Shown here: positions 29,145 to 37,571 of the stretch, piece after piece
Position numbering within the stretch: the first letter of the stretch is position 1
Layout of the letters: each line of letters begins with the position of its first letter
Source: Candidatus Latescibacterota bacterium
GTDB lineage: Bacteria; Latescibacterota; UBA2968; UBA8231
Reading direction: 5' to 3'
Length of the DNA: 64,000 bases
NCBI GenBank assembly: GCA_964291625.2
Contig: OZ220089.1
Span: 3,776,001-3,840,000 of the forward strand
Notes under the pieces: model-generated
Databases searched by the model: none
Seen by the model: the letters and a program-made list of their open reading frames with translations, nothing else
Told to the model about the DNA's origin: nothing
Program-made: the position numbers and the translations under genes

Positions 29145-29250
29145 GGTCAGACCTCGCTGGATTCAGGGGTGGATGGTGTTCGTGCCGCTACGGCGGCAAA
29201 CTAAGGCGCGTTGCCGTATCGGCCAATGGGCCGGCCTGTCCGGTCCCTCG

Positions 29251-30615
29251 CTATCGGCCCAGACGGTCCAGGACATTGCGCGTGATCCGTGCTACCGGCC
29301 CGCCGTTCCGGTAGAGGCCGTGGGCCCACTCGATCGTTGCCGCCGTGAAGACGGTCCCCTTGAACTCCGATTCGTTGACCGCGACGGTGGCATGGAACCG
29401 GTCCTGGTGGACCCCCAGGTCGGCGTTGAGGCCATGGTCCTCGGCGTCCCCGATGGCGATGATCTGGTAGTGGGGGCTGATTCCGTCACGGCCCGTGAAC
29501 CGCGGTTTCCCATCCCTGAACTCGATGTCGCCGCCGTCGCATTCGACGCCGACGATCGAGTCCTCCCGGCCGAACTCATCCCCTTCTCCCAGCCCGGTCC
29601 CTGCGAACGCCCAGTGGTCGGGCCGGGTCACGCGGAAGAACCCGTACTCCCCGGACGTGGGGGCGATGATCTCGCCGGGAGTCTTGCTCTTGGCGTTGAC
29701 AGCAGCCGTATAGGAAACGCCGATCGTGCGCTGACGGAGATTGTCGATTGCGCGGAGAAAGGAAGTCCCGGGGTCCTCCGGCGTGCCGAGGGGGTGCTTG
29801 TTGTACCGGGACTTGGCACAGTAGAGCTGGCGCCCCCCGGCCCGGGTCTCCACCCGGTGCGAGAAGGAGTTGCCGGCAAAGACCATCAGGTTGCCGCCCC
29901 GTGCCACGAACCGCTGAAGCTGCTCGCACTCTTCGCGGCTGGTGTACTCGCCATGGCAGATCCTGAGATGCGCAGGGTAGTCATCGAGGAGATTCGGCTG
30001 CCGATCGTGGTCGGCGTTGACGCAGTAGTCCACCCGGTACCCCTCGGCGTCGAGCCACGATGTGAAGAACTGGTCCCATGAGTAGAACCCGCCCATGATG
30101 TCCGGCTGCAAGGGCCGCTCAAAGGTCAGCAGGTTGCTGTGAGATCGGTCGGTGGACAGATAGGGGAAGAGGCACTTGCCGCCCACGCAGTTGTAGGCGG
30201 CATAGGTATTGGTCTCGATCGTCAGGAGGATCGGCGCGCTGGGTACGCGTGGGCGAACGACGAACAGGATCTCCCGGGTCCCCTGTGCGGTGGGGAAGCT
30301 GGCGATGTAGACGCCGCTCTTCCAGTCGCGGGGCACCCGGAAGGAGACCGTCGCGGGCCAGCCGAATCCGTCCCGATAGCCGAACTCGGGGATCGGGGGG
30401 AGCCCGCCGCGCAGGTCGTTGATCTCCTTCACCAGGCGTCGTCTGGCCCCTTCGTGGAAGACGAGTACATCGTAGTACGATCGAGAATTCGATATGTGGA
30501 ACGTCACCTCGTCTCCCTGGCACACACTCAGCGGCGTGGCATAGCCGCCTTCTCTCAGCTTCCAGTGCCGGGTGGCGTCCTGCTCGTAATGGGCAAAGAT
30601 GTGTTCGCGTTTCAT
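29251..30615 (-). CDS. N,N-dimethylformamidase beta-subunit-like (DUF6605) protein
   Basis: W.SGVY.A, FVVRP, TNTY.AYN..GG, FERP, WLD.EGY, H.EY and GGNL..FAGN. Confidence 0.8.
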   Translation of the reverse strand: MKREHIFAHYEQDATRHWKLREGGYATPLSVCQGDEVTFHISNSRSYYDVLVFHEGARRRLVKEINDLRGGLPPIPEFGYRDGFGWPATVSFRVPRDWKSGVYIASFPTAQGTREILFVVRPRVPSAPILLTIETNTYAAYNCVGGKCLFPYLSTDRSHSNLLTFERPLQPDIMGGFYSWDQFFTSWLDAEGYRVDYCVNADHDRQPNLLDDYPAHLRICHGEYTSREECEQLQRFVARGGNLMVFAGNSFSHRVETRAGGRQLYCAKSRYNKHPLGTPEDPGTSFLRAIDNLRQRTIGVSYTAAVNAKSKTPGEIIAPTSGEYGFFRVTRPDHWAFAGTGLGEGDEFGREDSIVGVECDGGDIEFRDGKPRFTGRDGISPHYQIIAIGDAEDHGLNADLGVHQDRFHATVAVNESEFKGTVFTAATIEWAHGLYRNGGPVARITRNVLDRLGR

Positions 30616-30622
30616 CTCAGGA

Positions 30623-32999
30623 TCACTCCGTGTCCTGCCCAGGTTCCCGGCCTTTCGGCATGCGGTAGCCGACCCGGGGTTCGGAGAACAGCCAGGTGGG
30701 CCGGTTGGCGTCGTCGCCGAGCTTGCGGCGCAGTCTGCGGACGAGGGTCCGGATCAGCCGCACATCGCCCGAATGCCCCGGCCCCAGATCCTCCGCAGCA
30801 GCTGGTCGTGGGTCACCACCCGCCCGGCGTTGACGGAGAGCTCGTAGAGCAGGTCGTACTCGGCCGCCGTCAGCCGCACCGGACGCCCGCCCAGGGTCAC
30901 GAGGCGTTCGGCGTAGTCGACGGTCAGCGCCCCCTGTACATAGGGCTCGGTCGGCTCGGTCCAGGCCGCCTCCCGCCGGCGCAGGGCGCCCCGGATCCTG
31001 GCCACCAGCTCCGTCGGTGAGAAGGGCTTGACGATGTAGTCGGCGGCCCCCGCCTCGAAGGCCCGGGCGATGATCTCGTCGCGGCCGTAGCCGGACAGGA
31101 AGATGACCGGCACGTCGGCCAGGCTTCGGAGGTCCCCCATCAGCTCGATCCCGTCGGCTCCGGGCAGCACGAGATCGAGCAGGACCAGGTGGGGCTTCTT
31201 CTCCCGCATCAGCTGCAGCGCCTGCTCCGGGTCGGCGCTCATGAGGGGCTGGAAGTCGGCCCGGGTCAGGCCGTCCCGGACGAACTTGAGCGTCTGCGGG
31301 TCGTCGTCCACCACGAGGATGCGCGCCCCCTGCGCCTGCTCCCTGGCGGCCTTCCGGGAGATCCGGGGGAAGGGGGTGCGGCCTCCTCGACCACGGGGAG
31401 GGTGAAGGTGAACCGGGCCCCCGTGCCGGGGCCGTCGCTCTCGGCCCGGATGCGACCCCCCTGGGCTTCCACGATCCCCTTGCAGATGGCCAGGCCCAGG
31501 CCCGGACCGCCGATCCGCGGCCCTTCGTCCTCGCCGGCGCCGCGGGAGAGCCGGCCGAACAGGAGCGGCAGCCGCTCGGCGGAGATGCCCCGGCCGTGGT
31601 CGGCGACGGCGACGGCCACGTGGAGTCCCTCCCGCTCGGCCGTCACCCGGATGACGGCCGCCTCCGGCGAGTGCCGGGCCGCGTTGGCCAGCAGGTTGCC
31701 CAGGACCTGAACGATGCGCCGCCGGTCGGCTCGCACCGGCGGCAGGTCCGGCTCCAGATCGATCTCGAGGGGGTTCCGGCCTCCACCGCTGAGGAAGCTG
31801 TTCCGGGCCCGGTCCACCAGGCCGGCGATCTCGGCCGGTTCGGGCGTGACCGCCAGCGTGCCGGACCGGATGCGGGCCACATCGAGGAAGTCGCCGATCA
31901 TCTCGCGCATGGTGTCGGCCTCATCGACGATGATCCGGCAGAACTGGCGCATCTCCTCCGGATCCAGGTCGGGGGCGGCCTCCAGCAGCGTCGAGCCCGA
32001 GCCCCGGATGGAGGTCAGAGGCCGGCGCAGCTCGTGGCTCACCATGCCCAGGAACTCGGCCCGGAGCCGCTCCAGGTTCTCCAGCGGCGTCAGGTCCTGC
32101 AGGGTCACGACGAAGGACTCGACCTCGTCTTCCCCGGAGCGGATCGGGGTGGCATTCAGCAGCACGCTCACGGGGCGCCCGCCGGGTACCTGGAGGACGA
32201 TCTCCTCGACCCGCACCGTCTCCCCGGCGCTCAGCGCCCGGGGCAGGAGGAGCTCGCGCACGGGAATCTCCCGGCCGTCGGCCCGGCGGGCGGTGATCTC
32301 GCCCAGGAGTTCCTCCACCGGCCGGCCCGGCTCGTGGAGGATGCGGGCAATCCTCGCGGTCTCCCGGTTGTGGGAGACCAGGCTTCCGGTCTCCGCGTCG
32401 AAGACCAGCACGCCCACCGGCGAGGTGTCGATCAGGGCTTCCAGGTTCGCCCGGGCCCGCTGCTCGTCCCGGTGCCGGCGGGCGTTGGCGATGGCCGCAG
32501 CCGCCTGGGAGGCGAACATGACCAGCGTCTCCTCATCCTCTTCGGTGAACGGCCCGCCCCCCCGCTTGGCGCCCAGATAGAAGTTGCCCAGGAGAACGCC
32601 CCGGTGACGGATCGGCGCGCCCAGAAAGGTGCCCATGGACAGCAGGTCGCCGGTCACGCCCAGGCTCCGGGCGTGAGCCGAAGTGTCGGACAGCCGCACC
32701 GGTCCGGGGTGGGTGATGAAGAACTTGTGCAGCACCTCGCCTTCCGGCAGGTCCATCAGCATTCGGCGCTGCTCGGCCGTCACCCCGGAGGTGATGAAGT
32801 CCCGGAACTGCCCCCCGGGGTCGACGACGACGATGGCGCCGTAGCGGGCGCCAGTCAGCACCCGTGCACTGTCGACGACCTGGTTCAGGACGATGTCGAG
32901 ATCCAGGCTCTCGCTGACACGCAGGCTGGCCTCGCACAGGCGGGAGAGGCGCTCCCGCAGAGCGGCGATCTCCCGATCGCGGGGGTCGGCTTGGGTCAA
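30623..32999 (-). CDS. Hybrid GAF-PAS-HisKA-HATPase-REC-winged-helix (KdpE/OmpR-type) regulator, split by frameshifts near 31375 and 30780
   Basis: SHELR.PLTSI, QVLGNLL.NA and GLGLAICK, followed out of frame by ILVVDDDP, LLDLVLPG, DYIVKPF and, after a second shift, LRRKLGDD...EPRVGYRM. Both breaks lie in G/C homopolymers. Confidence 0.8.
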
Positions 33000-33113
33000 C
33001 TGCTCACCTCCCTCTCAAGCGGTTCGATCCCCTTCCGGGCGGCCGTCCGGTCCAGCCGGATGCGGAAGCCGGGGGCTCCGAAAATGATCACCGAAATATA
33101 GCCTGAAGAAGGC

Positions 33114-33133
33114 GACAATATCACGCTATTGTC
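33114..33133. promoter_or_regulatory. Inverted repeat in a divergent intergenic region; candidate operator
   Basis: GACAATA-N6-TATTGTC in an AT-rich patch. Confidence 0.45.
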
Positions 33134-33282
33134 ATGCAGTGCTCGCTATGTTTCTTGAACCTGGTTGCCGGGGAGAGAGCTCCGCGCACGGTTCGGAGGG
33201 AGAGCCCCTCCTCGCCCTGCGGACTTACCGTGAGACCTGCATCCCGAACCGCCTTTCCCCTCTTCCAGAGGAGAGTGTAATC

Positions 33283-34039
33283 ATGCGCGGATGGAGAATT
33301 GCCCTCTTGGCCGTGCTCCTGGCGGCGTGTTCCGACGAGCCACGTCGCGCCCCTTCCTCGCCCATCGAGCCAGCACACAGCGACTACGCGGCTCTCGTGA
33401 ACTGGTTCGCCGAGCGCGGCATCACCCTGCCCGACGCCCCTCCGTCCCCGGACGGCCCGGCCGCCAAGGCCGCGCAAGACGGGCGCCTGCTCGGCGATGC
33501 CTCCGGCAACGGCTCGGTCTCCTTCTACGATCTGTGGGTCCTGTTCCAGTACCTGAGCGGCGAGGTGTATTTCGCCCAGCACTTCGACATGGACGCACTG
33601 GATATCGACCGCGATGGAGACAACGACTGGATCGACCTGGCCCTGCTTGGGGACTTTCTCTTCGGCTCCGGGGAGAATCCCCACGGCATCGGGCAGGCCA
33701 TGGAGGCGCGCCTCCCTGACCCCGCACTCGGACACGGTGTCCTTCGTCGCCGACGGAGCCTGGAAGAGGTTCACAGTTCAGGTCGCCGAGGGAGACTCCT
33801 CCGTAGTGGTGGCGGTGAACGGCCTCAGCCTGGACACCGTCTCCCTTGAGATCTCGGCGAGAGCCGAGGCGCCCGGCAACTACTGCCCAGCCGAGCGCAA
33901 CGACGGCGTGACCGCCAGCGACGGCGATGTCATCTGGATCGCCGGCTGCTCGGAAGGCAACAGCAGCATCTTCATTCTGGCACAAGACGGCACGATTCTC
34001 TGGGCGGACGTGTCCGTTCCGGTCGGACCGAGCCAGTAA
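33283..34039 (+). CDS. Lipoprotein with dockerin-like double EF-hand (copy 1); frameshift near 33710
   Basis: LLAAC lipobox and GDASGNGSVSFYDL...DIDRDGDNDWIDL. C-terminal half in a second frame matches copy 2. Confidence 0.75.
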
Positions 34040-34244
34040 CGTGTCGCAAGACTGGACTCAGCTGGGGCCGTCAAGCGGTCAGGCGGCCCCAGCCGGGATC
34101 CAGCGGTCCGAATCCACCGCACCGCAGTCGATGCTCTTGCCCTCGGCCTCGTCGTCGCCGATGCGCTCGTGGCCGAGCCACTCGGGGCTGTACCGGGGGT
34201 GGGGGCCACCTGCCCGGTCTGGGGCTGCATCGGCCGACGCGGCC

Positions 34245-35285
34245 TCACGGCCCCTCCGAGCCGCCTCCTTTCGCGCCGCAGGACTCCCGCACGATCAGAC
34301 GGGGCTCCACGACGACATGGCGGGGGGGCCGCTGCTTCGGGAGTTCCGCCATCAGCTCCAGGGCCGCCTCGGCCACGGCCCTGAAGGGAATCGCCAGACT
34401 CGTCAGGGCCGGCGTCGAGAGCGCTCCCGTCCCCGAATTGCCGCGCCCGACCACGGCCATGTCCTCGGGCACTCGCAGACCCGCCTCTCCCAAGCCTCGA
34501 CAAACGCCCATCGCCGTCGGGTCGCACCGGCAAAGGAGGGCCGTGGACTCTGCAGCAAGCTCTTGGGACAGGCCTTGCGACGGCTTGGCCGGAAAGGACT
34601 TCCGCGGTATGCGCCGGGGGTGCAGGCCATGTGTACGCATCGCCCGCAGGTATCCACGGCCCTTGCTCGAGCCCGTGATCGACCGGCTCCAGTCCGTTCC
34701 GATGAACCCGATTCGCCGGTGCCCAAGCCGGATCAGGTGTTCGGTGGCCTTGAAGAAGCCGGCGCCCTCATCCACGGCGACCCCACTCAGACCCTGAAGA
34801 GGATGGCCGAACGTCACCACCGGCGCCCGGCCTCCCACCGCGTCACGAATGTGCTCGGCCTCTCCTTCCCAACCACTCGCTTCGATCAACAGTCCGTCGA
34901 TTCCCCGAGAAAGGAGCTGGCTGATCTGCATGGCATGTTCGTGCAGGGAAGACATACTCCGCCTCCGCCTGGAGAGACCGATCAGGGCCTGGTATCCGCG
35001 CCTCTCCACGGTCCGCAGGATCTGCTCGACCTGACGCCAGGGCGCTTCCCAGTGATTTCTGTAGGTCAGCACACCAATGGTCCCCGTTCTACCCGTAGCC
35101 ATTCCCTGGGCCAGGACATTGGGACGATAGCGCATCTCCTCGGCCTTGTGGCGTACACGCCTCCGGGTCTTCTCGGCCACCCGCCGCGAGGCCTCTGGAT
35201 CCGAAGAGAGGGCCCGGGACACGGTTGAGTAGCAGAGTCCCAACTCCCCGGCGATGTCTCTGATGGTAGCTGGCCGATCTCTCAT
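34245..35285 (-). CDS. LacI family transcriptional regulator
   Basis: TIRDIAGELGL..STVSRAL, YRPN.LA, HLIRLGHRRIGFI, GLRVPEDMAVVG and LIVRESCG. Confidence 0.92.
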   Translation of the reverse strand: MRDRPATIRDIAGELGLCYSTVSRALSSDPEASRRVAEKTRRRVRHKAEEMRYRPNVLAQGMATGRTGTIGVLTYRNHWEAPWRQVEQILRTVERRGYQALIGLSRRRRSMSSLHEHAMQISQLLSRGIDGLLIEASGWEGEAEHIRDAVGGRAPVVTFGHPLQGLSGVAVDEGAGFFKATEHLIRLGHRRIGFIGTDWSRSITGSSKGRGYLRAMRTHGLHPRRIPRKSFPAKPSQGLSQELAAESTALLCRCDPTAMGVCRGLGEAGLRVPEDMAVVGRGNSGTGALSTPALTSLAIPFRAVAEAALELMAELPKQRPPRHVVVEPRLIVRESCGAKGGGSEGP

Positions 35286-35395
35286 GGACGAAGCTCTCGT
35301 CTGCACCTCCATCCTTGAGGGTAAGATCCCGAAGGTCACGAGTCCAAACCACAACCAGGGATCCAACAGCCCCATCGTTGGGGATCATCCCAACA

Positions 35396-35427
35396 ACAAC
35401 CGGTTGGCACTTCTGCCAACCGGTTGT
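35396..35427. promoter_or_regulatory. Twin LacI-type operators
   Basis: Palindrome CAACCGGTTG at 35397-35406 and 35417-35426; together they form the perfect 14-bp inverted repeat ACAACCGGTTGGCA-CTTC-TGCCAACCGGTTGT. Confidence 0.7.
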
Positions 35428-35720
35428 CTCTGGAGATTCCCTCTTGTAGTGCCCGACAGCGTCTCCGTAGAGTGGGAGTGTGCCTACGCGCACGTGGCAC
35501 AGTCCTGTCTCGACCCAGGCCGAGGATCGCCTCGTCACCAGCCATCACGTCAGCACGGAGACCCAAGCAGTGCCGGGTCTTCTGCTTGCCACCCAACACA
35601 CGGAGGAGCGGATGGGGGAGAACGAGTCCACCTACGCTGCCCTCTTGGGTGGCCTACAAGATCATCCGTGCCTGCTACGAGACTCACGCAAATCAGCTTC
35701 CAGGGAAGGGAGATACCCCC

Positions 35721-36503
35721 ATGCAGGAGTCGCTTCGTCTATCACCCCTGAAGGCCCTTGTCGGGGCCTTTCTCATCGCGGCGTGCAGCGGCACGACGGA
35801 CCGTCCTGCTCCAACGGCCGCGCTGGTCGACAGAGATTACGAGGACTTCGTGTCGTGGTTCGAGGGTCGCGGGATCACCCTGCCCGACCGGCCTCCCGCC
35901 CCGGAACCGGCGGGCAAGGCCGCCCAGGAGATCGCCATCCTGGGAGACGGGACCGGCAACGGGTCCGTCAGCTTCTGGGATCTGTGGCACCTGTGGAACC
36001 ACCTCACTCAGGGCATGGGCATCGTGTCTTTCACGCTGAACATGAACGCCTACGACATCGACCGAGACGGGGATGTGGACTGGATCGACCTGGGGTTTCT
36101 TGGAGACTACCTGTACGGCGGCTCCGGGGACAACCCTCACGACATCGGACAGCCCATCAAGGAGGACCTGGAGGCCTCCTTGTCTCCGCATCCTGACACC
36201 CTGAACTTCGTCGCCGACGGTGCCTGGAAGAGGTTCGTGGTTCACGTATCCGAGCCAGACTCTTCCGTGTTCGTGATGGTGAACGGTCTGAACGTGGACA
36301 CCGTCTCCCTTGAGATCTCGGCGAGGGACGCAGCTCCCGGCAACTACTGTCCTGCGGAGCGCGCCGACAGGGTGGGAGCCAGCGACGGTGATGTCCTGTG
36401 GATTGCCGGCTGCTCGGAAGGAGACAGCAGCATCATGATCCTGTCGCAGGACGAGACGATTCTCTGGATCGACATCTCCGTGCCGGTCGGCCCGAGCCAG
36501 TAA
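35721..36503 (+). CDS. Lipoprotein with dockerin-like double EF-hand (copy 2)
   Basis: LIAAC lipobox and GDGTGNGSVSFWDL...DIDRDGDVDWIDL. Ends SVPVGPSQ like copy 1. Confidence 0.8.
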   Translation: MQESLRLSPLKALVGAFLIAACSGTTDRPAPTAALVDRDYEDFVSWFEGRGITLPDRPPAPEPAGKAAQEIAILGDGTGNGSVSFWDLWHLWNHLTQGMGIVSFTLNMNAYDIDRDGDVDWIDLGFLGDYLYGGSGDNPHDIGQPIKEDLEASLSPHPDTLNFVADGAWKRFVVHVSEPDSSVFVMVNGLNVDTVSLEISARDAAPGNYCPAERADRVGASDGDVLWIAGCSEGDSSIMILSQDETILWIDISVPVGPSQ

Positions 36504-36662
36504 GGAGAAGAGTGCGTCACCTGCCAGAAGCAGGTCTGGAGGGCATGAAGGCGAACAGCGTCATGGGGTGGATACGCTTCGCTCGGTGGTACGTACGTCG
36601 TTCGCACCAGTGAGTTGGGAGTGACCGGCCGCACAGGGGGGACTGGCCCGAAGAAGGGCACC

Positions 36663-37571
36663 ATGCAGCGCTGGTGGGTCTATCAGGCGGAGCGGTTCCC
36701 CCTGTTGAGGCACGGGCCGCTGATCTTCGCCTTCAGTTTCAGCGCCGTCGCCTTCTCCTGGATGCTGCGCTCGCCCGGAGGATGGCCCGACCCCTTGTCG
36801 GTGGTGGTCGCCTTCGCCTCGTGTCTGGTCTTCTTCCTGCAACTGCGCATCGCCGACGAGTTCAAGGACTTCGAAGAGGATGCGCGCTATCGCCCCTACC
36901 GCCCGGTACCGCGGGGTCTCGTAACCCTCCGGGAGCTGGCCGGCCTCTTCGTCATCGCGGGGGCCCTGCAGCTGGGCCTGGCCCTCTGGCTGGACGCGCG
37001 GCTTCTCGTCCTGCTGCTGGTCACCTGGATCTACTTCACCCTCATGAGCAAGGAGTTCTTTGTCGCAAGGTGGCTGCGCGGCAGGCACCTGCTCTACATG
37101 GTCACCCACATGGCCATCATGCCCCTCATCGACCTCTACGCCACCAGCACGGACTGGCTGGTCTTCCAGGGCCATCCTCCATCCGGACTGTTCTGGTTCC
37201 TGCTGGCCAGCCTCTTCAACGGCATGGTGATCGAGATCGGCCGCAAGATTCGCAGTCCCCGGGATGAGGAGGAGGGGGTGGCCACCTATTCCGCGGTGTG
37301 GGGCCGGCGGCGGGCGGTGGGCGCGTGGTGGCTGGTGCTGGTGCTGGCGCTCGGTTGCGCCTGCCTGGCGGCGCGGGGCATCGACTTCCTGATGCCTCTC
37401 GCCATGGCCCTCGGGATGTCCTTGGGCGGTGCGGTGCTCGTCGGAGTTCGCTTTCTGCGGCGCCAGACTCCCGGAGCGGGGACCTGGATCGAGGCTTGGT
37501 CCGGGGTCTGGACGCTGGTGTTCTATCTCGGTCTGGGTCCGGCACCGCTACTGTGGCGGGAACTCGGATGA
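36663..37571 (+). CDS. UbiA prenyltransferase-family membrane protein
   Basis: Multiple TM segments; Asp-rich LRIADEFKDFEEDARYRPYRPVPRG; EIGRKIR....E..G..TYS. Confidence 0.8.
   Translation: MQRWWVYQAERFPLLRHGPLIFAFSFSAVAFSWMLRSPGGWPDPLSVVVAFASCLVFFLQLRIADEFKDFEEDARYRPYRPVPRGLVTLRELAGLFVIAGALQLGLALWLDARLLVLLLVTWIYFTLMSKEFFVARWLRGRHLLYMVTHMAIMPLIDLYATSTDWLVFQGHPPSGLFWFLLASLFNGMVIEIGRKIRSPRDEEEGVATYSAVWGRRRAVGAWWLVLVLALGCACLAARGIDFLMPLAMALGMSLGGAVLVGVRFLRRQTPGAGTWIEAWSGVWTLVFYLGLGPAPLLWRELG

Noticed and set aside
34040-34245. Coding-like fragment on the minus strand (YSPEWLGHERIGDDEAEG)
   Set aside because: Short and lacks a start or identifiable family; probably a gene remnant.
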